Virus record (IMG/VR): IMGVR_UViG_3300008107_000017
Span: 64,001 to 128,000 of that record
Reading direction: 5' to 3' (one strand)
Source of the DNA: a virus
DNA length: 64,000 nt
The first letter of the stretch is position 1. Each line of letters starts with the position of its first letter. Shown in pieces: positions 16,191 through 27,131 of the stretch. Made by a program: the position numbers and the translations under genes. Under the pieces are notes generated by a model. It saw only the letters and a list, made by a program, of their open reading frames with translations. It was not told the DNA's origin and made no database searches.

Positions 16191-16736
16191 ATGTCTGAAG
16201 AACAATTAAGAGAAATCTCTGATTTTTACATTACATCGGATACGTGGTTTGGAAGGCCACAAATCCTTGATATTGCAAGGCGTACCCAGTTTTCAAGTAT
16301 TGATGATATGAATGATCAATTCATCAAAAACTGGAATAAGCAGGTCAAATCATCTGACCTCGTTTTTCACTTAGGTAATTTTGCGTGGGATCCACATACC
16401 GCAAGAACTGTTTTGAAAAAGCTTAAAGGCAAAATCTTTTTCATGATTGGAAATTCTGATGAATCTCTACTGGAAGTAGCCGATGAGTTTGAAAACGTTG
16501 AGGTTCTTGATCAACAAATTATTGAACTTCCTCAATTTGATTCTATTCTCTGTCACTATCCGTTGGAAGTATGGAATGGAAAATCATCAGGGACTATTCA
16601 TTTTCATGGACATACCGTCTTTTCACATAAGACAGATCTAAGATCATCCAATCGTGTAAACGTTTGCATTGATTTTTGGAATTATTCACCAATTAAATTT
16701 TCGGCAATTAAAGAATTTACAAATGGCAAAATCTAA
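16191..16736 (+). CDS. Calcineurin-like metallophosphoesterase with degenerate metal ligands
   Basis: SDTWFG, HLGNF, GNSD, CHYP, HGHT. Confidence 0.75.
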   Translation: MSEEQLREISDFYITSDTWFGRPQILDIARRTQFSSIDDMNDQFIKNWNKQVKSSDLVFHLGNFAWDPHTARTVLKKLKGKIFFMIGNSDESLLEVADEFENVEVLDQQIIELPQFDSILCHYPLEVWNGKSSGTIHFHGHTVFSHKTDLRSSNRVNVCIDFWNYSPIKFSAIKEFTNGKI

Positions 16737-17349
16737 AACCTACAAAGAACTGGCAATTGAGTTTAAGAAAACTCGCTCAGAAAGAATTTACAATGAACTT
16801 TACAAAAAGATGAGACCAGGATTATGGTCTTATGTAAATAACATCGTAAGAGATCCGGCGGTGGCTGATGATATTGTATCAACCACATTAACAAATGTTT
16901 ACTTAAAGATTGATCAATATGATGAATCTTACCAAATAACTACATGGGCCTATCGTATTGCATATAATGAATGCATTGGATGGATTAGGTTCCGCAATAA
17001 AAAGATAAGTATTAATGTATTTACCGATGCAGGTGTTGAACCTCCGGCAAGAGATGGTTTCCTTGAACCAGAAATGCATGTAAAAACCGAGGATGATTTC
17101 TGGGCAGAGGAAGATATCTTAACCGAACAGGTAAGACTAACTAAAGAAGCGATTAATGCATTACCTCCAATGTATAAGAGATACATGATAGAGAGATTCC
17201 TTAATCATAAATCATATAACGATATTCTTGATATCATGGTAGAACATGAAAAAGATATCAATCTACAGACGGTAAAGAATCGCATTTTCCGAGGTAGAAA
17301 AATAATTCAGAAACAGTTAGAGAAAATGAAACTCTTTTCTGAAGCATAA
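16723..17349 (+). CDS. RNA polymerase sigma factor, ECF-like
   Basis: Region 2 (ADDIVS...TTWAYRIAYNECI) and region 4 (AINALPP...SYNDI...TVKNRIFRGRK). Confidence 0.88.
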   Translation: MAKSKTYKELAIEFKKTRSERIYNELYKKMRPGLWSYVNNIVRDPAVADDIVSTTLTNVYLKIDQYDESYQITTWAYRIAYNECIGWIRFRNKKISINVFTDAGVEPPARDGFLEPEMHVKTEDDFWAEEDILTEQVRLTKEAINALPPMYKRYMIERFLNHKSYNDILDIMVEHEKDINLQTVKNRIFRGRKIIQKQLEKMKLFSEA

Positions 17350-17368
17350 ATAGATAAAATAAAGAACT

Positions 17369-17809
17369 ATGTATATTTTTAATCTCATCAATGAAATAAA
17401 CATCTGGCGAAAGGTAAGAGCTATTGCATTGGAAAATGAGGGGCTCCTAAAAGAAAATGGCTTTAGGGTAGATTGGGTCGGTAGAATTTATACCGTTATT
17501 AATCTGCCTGAAGAAGTGGTTAATCAACCATTTTCCAGAGAAGGTTATGTACTTATGAAACTTCGTGAATATGACTCGATGTTTCTTAATATGGGAATAG
17601 CCGATGCTATTGCACCAGAACTAGTTGATTTACAAGATGCTGAAGCATATCTTTTAATCCTATCACCCGATAGAGACTATATTAAGCTTTGGCCATTTCT
17701 TATATCATTATTTAAGACAGGCGGACTTTTCTTATTATTAAGATTAGTATATCTTTTACTTTCCAGTTATTGGGGCAGCATTACTTCTGCCTTTAATTGG
17801 TTATTCTAA
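17369..17809 (+). CDS. Hypothetical protein with C-terminal TM segment
   Basis: Hydrophobic C-terminus. Confidence 0.7.
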   Translation: MYIFNLINEINIWRKVRAIALENEGLLKENGFRVDWVGRIYTVINLPEEVVNQPFSREGYVLMKLREYDSMFLNMGIADAIAPELVDLQDAEAYLLILSPDRDYIKLWPFLISLFKTGGLFLLLRLVYLLLSSYWGSITSAFNWLF

Positions 17810-17813
17810 AAAC

Positions 17814-18557
17814 ATGGCAACAAAAGAATCTCTTTTACAGACCGAGACAATAAATGGAAAACGATACTATGTTATAGGTGAACATAAGTACCCATCAGTT
17901 ACAACCATCTTAGGATCAATGACAGATTCATCTGGACTTGATAAGTGGAGAAAAAACATTGGTGAAGCCGAGGCAGATAAGATCTCTAAGTTTTCTGCTA
18001 ATCGTGGTACAATCATGCATCAAATGATTGAATATTATTTAGGTTCAGAAAAAGAAACTCAAAAAGAAAGGCTTAGAGAAGCACAGGAAAAAATCATTAC
18101 TTTTGTTGAAGCAGAAGGTTTTACTGAAGATGAATTAGAGGTTGGCAGAAAATTATTCTATAGTTTTTATAATAATGATCTCTTCAGTAAGATTGGTAAG
18201 GTTATAAGTATCGAGGAGACGATCTACTCCCACCAGATGGGAGGGTATGCAGGTAGAGTAGATAATATTTACGAGAATGTTTTATCTCATCTACTCATTC
18301 TAGACTTTAAGACATCTCGTAAGAGAAAGAAAAAAGAATGGATAGAAAACTATTTTATGCAGATTGCTGCATATTTTCTAGCATATTGGGAAATGACCGG
18401 TAAAAAACCGGACGGTGGAGAAATCTGGATAGGTGTAGAAAATGATGAGCCTCAGGTTTTTGAACTTACCTGGGATGATATTCAAGAATATGGTAAGAAA
18501 TTCTTATCCCTAGTAAAGGAGTATCATAAACTCAATCCATTACCTCAGAATATATAA
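17814..18557 (+). CDS. PD-(D/E)XK exonuclease
   Basis: YPSVTTIL, RGTIMH, AGRVD, LDFKTS, YFMQIAAY. Confidence 0.9.
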   Translation: MATKESLLQTETINGKRYYVIGEHKYPSVTTILGSMTDSSGLDKWRKNIGEAEADKISKFSANRGTIMHQMIEYYLGSEKETQKERLREAQEKIITFVEAEGFTEDELEVGRKLFYSFYNNDLFSKIGKVISIEETIYSHQMGGYAGRVDNIYENVLSHLLILDFKTSRKRKKKEWIENYFMQIAAYFLAYWEMTGKKPDGGEIWIGVENDEPQVFELTWDDIQEYGKKFLSLVKEYHKLNPLPQNI

Positions 18558-18573
18558 AAAAACAAAATAATGA

Positions 18574-19407
18574 ATGAAACACATACAAACATTCGAGAGC
18601 TTCTTAAATGAAAGCATATTAAATGAAGCAGTGTCTGGAGGACCATACTTCCTTCAGATCAATTTGAGACAACAATACGGAGGAGGCCACAGCCTGGAAG
18701 CTGCAGTAGCTCCTTCGGATAAACAAGATTTTGCCGACATTCGCGACAAAGACAGCTTCTTGAGATCTCCCGAAATAGACAAAGCAATTCGGAATTTGAC
18801 TAACTGGAAACGCGGAGATAAGAGCGGAAAGATTGACGCGTCTTTCCTCAAAGAGTTCGAAAGGGCAATGGAAGGTATAGGGTTCAAGCTTGTTAAGTTT
18901 AGATACTCTCATCCTCTTGTAATGCAAGTATCAAATGAATCTGAAGCAGTTGCAGCAATCAACAAGACAATTGCATTGCTAGATAAACTTTACGATTCTT
19001 ACACACCTGAACTGATACCTGTACAACCAGGTCCTGCTTCTTCTGTAAGAGCTTTTGCTGACCGACTTGTGAATGATTATGTAAGTGGGAGAGGTGATGT
19101 TGTAAGAGAACTTGCAAGTTTTATTGAATCTGTGGTTGGTGCCAAGGTTACTAAATACCTTAAGCACGGACCCGATGACAACACTGCAATTGACGCTGTT
19201 AGAGACCAATACAGAAAAGAGAGCCCTGTAAAGGAAGAAACTTGGGGAGTATTGAAAGCATGCGCATATAAAGACGGTGTGGTAATTGTGTGGATCGAAG
19301 ATCCTGCTAAAACATCTACTCCAGAATACAACACAGACTATTCAGCCAAAAATCTTAAATATGGTGGTGTAGAACCTGGAGATGCCGCATTGGTAGTAAA
19401 AAAGTAA
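18574..19407 (+). CDS. Putative internal head protein
   Basis: N-terminus MKHIQTFESFLNE. Confidence 0.7.
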   Translation: MKHIQTFESFLNESILNEAVSGGPYFLQINLRQQYGGGHSLEAAVAPSDKQDFADIRDKDSFLRSPEIDKAIRNLTNWKRGDKSGKIDASFLKEFERAMEGIGFKLVKFRYSHPLVMQVSNESEAVAAINKTIALLDKLYDSYTPELIPVQPGPASSVRAFADRLVNDYVSGRGDVVRELASFIESVVGAKVTKYLKHGPDDNTAIDAVRDQYRKESPVKEETWGVLKACAYKDGVVIVWIEDPAKTSTPEYNTDYSAKNLKYGGVEPGDAALVVKK

Positions 19408-19414
19408 ACGTAAT

Positions 19415-19720
19415 ATGAAACATATTCAGACATTCGAGACTTTTTTTGCTAGATTTCTATCTGAGGAATTAGACCAAACTAGACATAAGGCAGCTAAGCA
19501 TATTGAGGACATTGAAACTGATAATGAATCAGATAAAAAGACCGAAAAGGATGCACAAGATTACTTAGACGATAAATCTGATTATTGCCCACGATGCAGT
19601 GAACATAAAGACGATTGTCAATGTCAGGAAGATGATCCTTGGTCAACTCAAAATTACCATAGAGTACCTCCAGGTAAAAAAGAGAAGAGTAAAGCAAAAC
19701 AAGAATTCAAAACAAAGTAA
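19415..19720 (+). CDS. Putative internal head protein with Cys cluster
   Basis: MKHIQTFETF...LSE; CPRC..CQC. Confidence 0.65.
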   Translation: MKHIQTFETFFARFLSEELDQTRHKAAKHIEDIETDNESDKKTEKDAQDYLDDKSDYCPRCSEHKDDCQCQEDDPWSTQNYHRVPPGKKEKSKAKQEFKTK

Positions 19721-19724
19721 AGAT

Positions 19725-20012
19725 ATGGAAAAGATTAATTTATTTTTTGCAAAAAATGGATCAAAAGTTATCACAGTTCTTTTGATTCTTTTGTACTTTA
19801 AATCATGCGGAGTTGATAGCGAATTAGAGAGACTTAAAAAGGAATCTAAAGCAAACACTGAATTGATTAATAAGCTTCCCTCTGCGGCTGATGTAAAGAT
19901 TGAAGGCTTAAATGCAGAGAAAAGAATGATCCAAGCAACAGATCGTAAGATGTTGGATGTACAGCGTCAAAACGAAATTGAAAAAGAGATCAAAATATTA
20001 CAAGGTAAATAA
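19725..20012 (+). CDS. Membrane/lipoprotein-like coiled-coil protein
   Basis: Hydrophobic N-terminus ending FKSC, then coiled coil. Confidence 0.6.
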   Translation: MEKINLFFAKNGSKVITVLLILLYFKSCGVDSELERLKKESKANTELINKLPSAADVKIEGLNAEKRMIQATDRKMLDVQRQNEIEKEIKILQGK

Positions 20013-22288
20013 TGGCAAATATCATACCAGGTGTACCAACGCCAAGTGATCCATCGTGTGCTCTTACCATTTGCGGTAGAATTATAGCACAAGTAGATTG
20101 CATTAAGTATATAATGCAAGGTACATCCGCGTGTATTGATATTCAGTTTTTTGGTGCTGATGGTCAACCTCTTGACCTAGATCGTTTTTGCGAAATGCAA
20201 ATTCAATTAACGAATGAATTTGAATGCGTTGTTGCAAATTTTTGGTATCCTGGTGTTCCTACTGGATCAAAAGGATTTGATATTGAGATTTTACAATACA
20301 CTACAACAGGTGGTCATATTGTAAATAAGGGTCTTGTTAGAATATGCTTATCAACTAACTGTACATTAACTTCACCTGGTGCTGTTTCTGCAGAGATCAT
20401 ATTAAAGGAATGTTTATTAACAGGTGAGCAAGGAATTTTAACTGGAGTACCTACACCAACCGGAGCGGATGGTGAAACGTTTGGCATTCCATGTTTACTA
20501 ATTGCAAATATTCTTAATTCAAAAATTGCAAAAAACGGTGGAGATAGCGGATGTTTTCCTGGATACATTCCACCTCAGCCTGGTAGTAGTGGTATAGGAT
20601 ACGCAATAGGATCAACTGGAGCAACAGGTATTCACGGGGCAACTGGTGTGCAAGGTTTGGCTGGAGAAGGCTCAACTGGTGCAACAGGAACACAAGGATT
20701 TACTGGTTCAACCGGATCGCAAGGTAATCAAGGATTTACTGGTTCAACTGGTGCAACAGGAACTCAAGGATTTACTGGTTCAACCGGATCGCAAGGTAAT
20801 CAAGGATTTACTGGTTCAACCGGATCGCAAGGTAATCAAGGATTTATTGGTGCAACCGGTATAGGTGCAACCGGCCCCCAAGGTGCAGGTGGTACATTAG
20901 GTTATTGGGGTAGTTTTTGGAGTACACAAACACAAACCAATCCAACACCTAATGCCGTTAATGTAATGTCATTTAATAACACTGACCCAGATTCAAATGG
21001 TGTTTCTATTCAAAATAACACGGAACTAACATTTGCATATGAAGGTGTTTATAATATACAATTTTCTGCACAGGTTAATAGAATACTTGCCGCTCCTTTA
21101 GCGGCAGAGGTTGATATTTGGTTTGCAAAAAATGGAGTATCAATCCCTGACTCTAACACCATTTTGTTCATTTCAGGACCGAGCTCTGGGGCAAAGGATG
21201 TTGCTGCATGGAATTATCAACTAAAACTAAATGCAGGAGACTACATTGAACTCTATTGGTCATGTCCTAATACTGATATTGAACTTACGTACATACCCGT
21301 AACATTTAGTCCTACTCGCCCAGCTGTACCATCTGTAATTTTAACTGCTCAACAAGTAACATATACGCAAAAAGGTGCAACCGGCGCAACTGGCACACAG
21401 GGCGATCCTGGTGCAACTGGAACCCAGGGTGATCCAGGTTTTATTGGAGCAACAGGTTTAGGTTCTACTGGCGCAACTGGTGCTCAAGGTGACCCAGGTC
21501 TAATTGGAGCAACTGGAATGGGTTTTATTGGAGCAACTGGAATGGGTTCTACTGGGGCCACTGGAACCCAAGGGGATCCGGGTCTAATTGGAGCAACTGG
21601 AACAGGTTTTACTGGAGCCACTGGAACGGGTTTTACTGGAGCCACCGGTGCAACTGGCACATCCGGTTTAAACGGAATACCTGGCCCAACTGGTCCGCAA
21701 GGTTTTACTGGAGCAACTGGACTAATAGGATCAACTGGATTTATTGGATCAACTGGCCCACAGGCAAGTTCCAGCGCAGGCCTATTTTCACAGATAGCAA
21801 ACTCAACTCCAGTTACAGCCACTACAACGGAGTTGAGTATTTTAGGCAGTGGGGTTGGAACTTTATCTGTTCCTGCTAATGGATTTGCAGTAGGTGATAG
21901 TTTTACCGCAAATATGAGTGGTATTATGTCTGCCCAAAATGGTAATACACTTAGACTTAGAATTAAAAGTGGAAGTGTGGTTCTTGCAGATAGCGGGCCA
22001 TTAACTATGCCTGGTAGCGGTATAACTAACCAGGTGTGGAATCTAACAATAGATTTTACAATTAGAGCTATAGGTGGTGCTGGTACTGCTGGAATAGCAA
22101 CATTAGGTCAAATGCATATTCTTAAACTTGCAAGCGGTTCACAAGAAGGTTTTGGTTTTAATACAATTAATACTACAACATTTGATACCACAACATCTAA
22201 TACTCTGGATGTAACCGCACAGTGGTCTAGCAACAATGCAAATAATAGTATTTACACCGATATATTCGTGCTAACTAAAATTTATTAA
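20012..22288 (+). CDS. Collagen-like (Gly-X-Thr) fibre/structural protein
   Basis: Two G-X-Y repeat tracts separated by beta-rich domains. Confidence 0.85.
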   Translation: MANIIPGVPTPSDPSCALTICGRIIAQVDCIKYIMQGTSACIDIQFFGADGQPLDLDRFCEMQIQLTNEFECVVANFWYPGVPTGSKGFDIEILQYTTTGGHIVNKGLVRICLSTNCTLTSPGAVSAEIILKECLLTGEQGILTGVPTPTGADGETFGIPCLLIANILNSKIAKNGGDSGCFPGYIPPQPGSSGIGYAIGSTGATGIHGATGVQGLAGEGSTGATGTQGFTGSTGSQGNQGFTGSTGATGTQGFTGSTGSQGNQGFTGSTGSQGNQGFIGATGIGATGPQGAGGTLGYWGSFWSTQTQTNPTPNAVNVMSFNNTDPDSNGVSIQNNTELTFAYEGVYNIQFSAQVNRILAAPLAAEVDIWFAKNGVSIPDSNTILFISGPSSGAKDVAAWNYQLKLNAGDYIELYWSCPNTDIELTYIPVTFSPTRPAVPSVILTAQQVTYTQKGATGATGTQGDPGATGTQGDPGFIGATGLGSTGATGAQGDPGLIGATGMGFIGATGMGSTGATGTQGDPGLIGATGTGFTGATGTGFTGATGATGTSGLNGIPGPTGPQGFTGATGLIGSTGFIGSTGPQASSSAGLFSQIANSTPVTATTTELSILGSGVGTLSVPANGFAVGDSFTANMSGIMSAQNGNTLRLRIKSGSVVLADSGPLTMPGSGITNQVWNLTIDFTIRAIGGAGTAGIATLGQMHILKLASGSQEGFGFNTINTTTFDTTTSNTLDVTAQWSSNNANNSIYTDIFVLTKIY
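20696..20847 (+). repeat. Near-exact tandem repeats inside the collagen tract
   Basis: GGATTTACTGGTTCAACCGGATCGCAAGGTAATCAA occurs three times. Confidence 0.8.
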
Positions 22289-22383
22289 TATAGATGAATA
22301 ATTTTGAATGGAAAGGTGGTTGGTTAAATAGTATATTACGGATACACACAGATTTAATCTGAAATAAATATTAAAACTAAGTC

Positions 22384-23049
22384 ATGAAAAATAAACTCGT
22401 TCATTATTTTATCATAGGTATCTTTTGTAGTCTTTATTTCTTAGTAGCTACAATCTCTATGATTAACTCTGTTGCATTTTTTGACCTAGCTCATAATGGC
22501 ATTATGAACTGGGCTCTTGCTATTGGATTTGAATTGGGTGCAGCTGCTTCTCTTGCTGCTATTATTATCTTGGATAAGACAAATAAAACAATGGTATGGA
22601 CTCTATTCCTACTTTTAACCGGATTCCAAATGATGGCAAATTCATTTCATGCATTTGTAAATCTTGAAAACTATATGCCTTGGATAGAACTGTTTGGTCT
22701 TGAAGAGGAAGAGCCTATATTCCAAAAAAGAATTCTCTCAATTGTGAGTGGAGCCGTATTACCTATTGTGGCTCTAGGATTCATTAAATCATTGGTTGAT
22801 TATATTAGACCTGAAAAAACTGAGGAACCTCTACAGGCGGCAATTGAAAATAAACCGGCCGAGGTACCTACAGAACCACAAATAGAAGCCCTTACTGTAG
22901 TGGAAGAAAAAGTGGAAGCCTCATCTATCATAGGTGATTCAAAGGTAGGTCATGTTACCATAACACCTGAAGTCACTGAAACTAAAGAAGATGTAGTGGC
23001 GTCCAAACAAGAAATCTCCCCAGTTAAACATTACAATCCTAAGCCATAA
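22384..23049 (+). CDS. Four-TM membrane protein
   Basis: Four hydrophobic helices and an acidic tail. Confidence 0.7.
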   Translation: MKNKLVHYFIIGIFCSLYFLVATISMINSVAFFDLAHNGIMNWALAIGFELGAAASLAAIIILDKTNKTMVWTLFLLLTGFQMMANSFHAFVNLENYMPWIELFGLEEEEPIFQKRILSIVSGAVLPIVALGFIKSLVDYIRPEKTEEPLQAAIENKPAEVPTEPQIEALTVVEEKVEASSIIGDSKVGHVTITPEVTETKEDVVASKQEISPVKHYNPKP

Positions 23050-23091
23050 GTATATACTTATGAACTTATTAACTCAAAAAAATAAAAAGGT

Positions 23092-23805
23092 ATGCCAGCT
23101 AGAACCTATGATGATGAAGTGTTTCGTGAAAAACGAACTATAAAAAACCCAATAAAATTTAAGATACCTCTAAACGAAGAACAAAAATCTGCAAAAGATA
23201 TAATCTTAGCAAATACTATAACACTCCTTGCTGGTAAAGCAGGTAGTGGTAAAACGCTATTAGCATGTCAAATTGCCCTTGACGGTTTATTCCGTAGGCA
23301 TTTTGAAAAAGTAATTATTACAAGACCTACTGTATCAAAAGAAGAAATAGGATTCCTACCAGGTGATCTTCACCAAAAGATGGATCCATGGGTACAACCA
23401 ATTTATCAAAACATGTATCTTTTGTACGGTAAGGATAAAATAGATCCCTTTATTCAAAGTGGTCAAATTGAAATTGTGCCAGTTTCATTTATGAGAGGCC
23501 GAACATTTCTTGACTCGTGTGTTATTGTTGACGAAGCACAAAACGTTACCAATGAACAAATGGAAATGATTGTTACTAGGGTAGGTCTTCGTTCCAAAAT
23601 GATTATCTGTGGAGATGATGGCCAGGTTGACTTAAAGAATAAGAGTGACTCCGGCTTTAGATTTTTGTACAATTGCGCAAAGAAAATAAAGCATCTTGCT
23701 GCAATTACTCTATTTCAAAATCACAGAGATCCTATTGTTGATACTCTTATTGATATTTATGAAGAAGAGAATTTAAGAAGAAATGGCGGAAAGCCTAATA
23801 AATAG
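23092..23805 (+). CDS. phoH: PhoH-family ATPase
   Basis: GKAGSGKT, GFLPG, FMRGRTF, DEAQN, GD..QVD. Confidence 0.95.
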   Translation: MPARTYDDEVFREKRTIKNPIKFKIPLNEEQKSAKDIILANTITLLAGKAGSGKTLLACQIALDGLFRRHFEKVIITRPTVSKEEIGFLPGDLHQKMDPWVQPIYQNMYLLYGKDKIDPFIQSGQIEIVPVSFMRGRTFLDSCVIVDEAQNVTNEQMEMIVTRVGLRSKMIICGDDGQVDLKNKSDSGFRFLYNCAKKIKHLAAITLFQNHRDPIVDTLIDIYEEENLRRNGGKPNK

Positions 23806-23820
23806 AAAAAATGAACCATT

Positions 23821-24702
23821 ATGATATTAAAGAAAGGCTCCAAGGGAAATGATGTTAAAGAATTACAAAGATTCCTTGGTATTAAAGATGACGGGAATTT
23901 TGGACCAGGAACTGAAGCCGCTGTTAAAAAATGGCAAGCCGCAAATGGTCTTACCGCTGATGGTATTGTGGGTCCTGCCACTTGGAACGCTATGGGTGTT
24001 GCTACTACTGATGCTTCGGAAAAAGTTTATACGACATCAAATGGATTAATAGTTAATCGCTATTATATGCCTACTGATGAATACCTGCCAGGTCCTATTA
24101 AACCTGAATGGGTATTCCTTCACCATACCGCAGGATGGCATAATCCTTATAACACTATTGATAGCTGGGCAAAGGATACTCGTGGAAAAATCGCAACTGA
24201 ATTTGTTCTAGGAGGCCCTTCGGTTAGAGGTAATGACGATAAGTACGATGGTGTAATGGTCCAAGCATTTCCTGAAGGAAATTATGGATGGCACTTAGGT
24301 CAATGTGGATCTCAAAAAATGCATAAGAATTCAGTAGGAATTGAGGTATGTAATTTTGGGTATGTAGTAAATGGTAAAACATATGCAGGTACTCAAGTTA
24401 CACAATCACAAACTGTTGAATTAGCAAAGCCGTTCCGTGGTCATAAAATATGGCATCGCTATTCAGACGCTCAAATTGAATCATTAAGACTTTGGATTCT
24501 TTGGATTGCTGAAAGAGACAACATTGATGTTAGATCAGGATTACCTGCTTTAATTAAGGAGAATGGTGCTGCCGCATTTGAATGGAATGAAGATGCTTAT
24601 TATGGTAAAGCCAAAGGACTTTGGACTCATACCAATACAAGAAAAGATAAAGTTGATATGTTCCCTCAGCAAGAATTGATGGATATGTTAACAAGCCTCT
24701 AA
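23821..24702 (+). CDS. Endolysin: peptidoglycan-binding domain plus Zn amidase
   Basis: LKKGSKG..V..LQ..DG.FGPGT..DGIVGPATW; LHHTAG, SVGIE, H...KVD. Confidence 0.88.
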   Translation: MILKKGSKGNDVKELQRFLGIKDDGNFGPGTEAAVKKWQAANGLTADGIVGPATWNAMGVATTDASEKVYTTSNGLIVNRYYMPTDEYLPGPIKPEWVFLHHTAGWHNPYNTIDSWAKDTRGKIATEFVLGGPSVRGNDDKYDGVMVQAFPEGNYGWHLGQCGSQKMHKNSVGIEVCNFGYVVNGKTYAGTQVTQSQTVELAKPFRGHKIWHRYSDAQIESLRLWILWIAERDNIDVRSGLPALIKENGAAAFEWNEDAYYGKAKGLWTHTNTRKDKVDMFPQQELMDMLTSL

Positions 24703-24719
24703 AAAATAGAAAATATGAA

Positions 24720-24863
24720 ATGGCAAAAGCTAAAGCCGGTGTAACAAATTCTTTCAAAAGTAAACCTAAGGTATGTAGACCTGGGGTTCAGGCTAAGACT
24801 AAACAGTCTAAGAATAAGAAATCAAAGAATTACGTTAAGCCATATAGAGGTCAAGGTCGCTGA
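24720..24863 (+). CDS. 47-aa very basic peptide (not in the ORF track)
   Basis: MAKAKAGVTNSFKSKPKVCRPGVQAKTKQSKNKKSKNYVKPYRGQGR*. Confidence 0.7.
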   Translation: MAKAKAGVTNSFKSKPKVCRPGVQAKTKQSKNKKSKNYVKPYRGQGR

Positions 24864-25014
24864 CTTATTGTCATAGACACTTTTGAGTTTTCATGAAATC
24901 CATGACATTTTTTGTAGTGTTTTCTTAAAAATATAGTTTTGCATGGTTTTTATAGTTATAATAAACAAATAGGGGAAACTCTATTATAATAAAAAACTAA
25001 AAAAAAATTAAGCT

Positions 25015-25377
25015 ATGTTTTATTACAATTCAAATCATTTTGATGATCTGCTAAAGGACACATTTAAAGATTGGCCTACATGGTCAACAACAGTAACTTC
25101 ATTAGGTAATCACTATTCAGAAAAAACTGATGATGGTTATAAGTTGGAAATTGCAGTACCTGGTTTAACTAAAGAAGACCTAAAGGTTAAGATCATCAAA
25201 GGCCGTCTTAATGTTATCTGTGAAAAAGAAAATCATTGGACTTCTGCTTTTGACAAAACATTTACTCTACCAGAAGATGCTGATGTTAAAAAAGTAAAGG
25301 CATCTGTTGAGAATGGTATCTTATCAATTGTAGTTCCTATTGGTAAAGATCCTGAAAACATTATTGAAATTATTTGA
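25015..25377 (+). CDS. Small heat-shock protein Hsp20
   Basis: VPGLTKEDL...F.K.F.LP...ASVENGILSI. Confidence 0.92.
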   Translation: MFYYNSNHFDDLLKDTFKDWPTWSTTVTSLGNHYSEKTDDGYKLEIAVPGLTKEDLKVKIIKGRLNVICEKENHWTSAFDKTFTLPEDADVKKVKASVENGILSIVVPIGKDPENIIEII

Positions 25378-25419
25378 AACAAGATAAGTAAACTTGTATA
25401 TAAATAAAAAACAATAGAT

Positions 25420-25644
25420 ATGGAAAATCAAAATCCTCAGGAATTAACCCAAGCACAGGCAGTCAATGTTTTAATCCAGGCCGCTCGTATTGCACAGTCA
25501 AAAGGAGCATTCACGCTTGAAGATGCAGAATTAGTTTCTAAAGCAATTAAAGCGTTTGTACCGGTTAACCAAGAAAATGGCCAGGATCCTGTTATTAATG
25601 AAACTCAAGAAGAGACTATTCAACCGGTAGTAGAAAAAGCATAA
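25420..25644 (+). CDS. Hypothetical protein
   Basis: AQSKGAFTLEDA motif; ATG ORF after promoter. Confidence 0.7.
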   Translation: MENQNPQELTQAQAVNVLIQAARIAQSKGAFTLEDAELVSKAIKAFVPVNQENGQDPVINETQEETIQPVVEKA

Positions 25645-25669
25645 GGTGGTTAAGATCTTAGTTTTGATC

Positions 25670-25700
25670 GAGGATCTGAGTAATCAGATCCTCTTTTTTT
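25670..25700 (+). terminator. Intrinsic terminator
   Basis: GAGGATCTGA-GTAA-TCAGATCCTC-T7. Confidence 0.9.
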
Positions 25701-25735
25701 GCTTACAGATAAATAATAAAATTAAGAACCTGCAG

Positions 25736-27125
25736 ATGAAAAGGAGAATTCCTAAAATAATTGTTAACCCAACTAGAGTACAACCCAATAGGCCAATACA
25801 GGTTACAAACCAGGTACAACCACAAAGGCAAGTACCACAAATAAATAATGGACCTAGTGTACCTATAAATAAGAGAACAAGTTTTTCTGCAAAGAGTTCT
25901 ACAAGAGTTTTTATTCTAGGCGGTGGTCCTTCAATTAAAGATGTAAATCTTTCATTTCTAAATGGTGAAGATGTTATTTGTGTAAATAAGTCAATCGATC
26001 TGGTAAGAAATCCTACATTCTTTATCACAATGGATTATAGCTTTTTTGGCAAGGTTGGTGCACCTGTACAAAATATTACATCCAAGGCAAAGAGTAGCCA
26101 TTTTATAATTAATAAGGGACATAAGTATATCCAGGAGATAAATGGATCTTATGTTGATGTTAGGAATAACCTTAGGTATGCTGGGCTTGAACACTTTACA
26201 TCTTTGTGCAATTCAATTTGCAATCCTGGCGGGATATCGTGAAATCTACTTATTAGGATTTGATTTAGGAAATACTAATATTCATGCAGAAACTCATTTT
26301 CATGGAGCATATCCTAAAGTTCCATCAGAAACATTTAGACAAAGATTAGGTACATATACAGCAAATCTTGTAGCCTCTATCTCTAAATTATCTTCAAAGA
26401 GTTCAACCAAGATAATGACAATGACACCTACTCCATTAGAGGCGGTGATACCTTTGGTAAAAACTGTGAGTGGTGTTGATAAAGTAGAACTACAAGAACC
26501 GCCTAAAGAAGTCATTAACACAACATCTTCTCTATCTGATCTGGTAATTGTTGCATACTATACACTTAACACTCCGTATGAAGATGAAGCCAAAAAATTA
26601 ATCAGATCTCTTAGTAGATTAGGTCTTAATCACGACGTAGTAGGTGTTAAGAATCTTGGTGATTGGCAGGCAAACACCAGATTTAAGGCTAAGTTTATGG
26701 AAGACATGTTAAATAAGCATCAAGGAAAAAATCTTTTATATGTTGACTCTGATGCCATAGTACACAGTAAACCGGTTCTTTTTGAAAACTATAACTATGA
26801 TATTGCAGTTAGGTGGCAAGACTTTAGATGGAGAAAGGATGAATGCCTAAGCGGTACTATTTTTATGGCAAATAATAATAAGACCAGAGAACTCTGTAAA
26901 AGATGGCAGAGAATTAACATAAGCGAAGGACCTAATGCAAAAACATTTGAACAATGGAACTTAGGCGCAGTGATTAAAGAAATGGAAAGTGAAGGAAAGA
27001 TTAAGACTGATAATCTACCTGCCGAATACACATTTATATTTGATAGTATGAGAGCATTATATCCTAATGCAGTACCTATTATTGAACATTTTCAGGCTAG
27101 TAGAAAATTAAGAAATAAGATATAA
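25736..27125 (+). pseudogene. DUF115/MAF-like domain plus GT-A glycosyltransferase fusion, broken by a frameshift near 26200
   Basis: ILGGGPSI..ICVN..TMD in one frame; CAIQFAILAGYREIYLLGFD and YVDSDA in another. Confidence 0.7.
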
Positions 27126-27131
27126 TTATTT

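Noticed and set aside
24864-24960. Sigma-54-type heat-shock promoter before Hsp20 (TTGCATGGTTTTTA, with a TGTCAT/ATGACA inverted repeat)
   Set aside because: The invariant GG at -24 and GC at -12 are missing; the inverted repeat alone is weak evidence.
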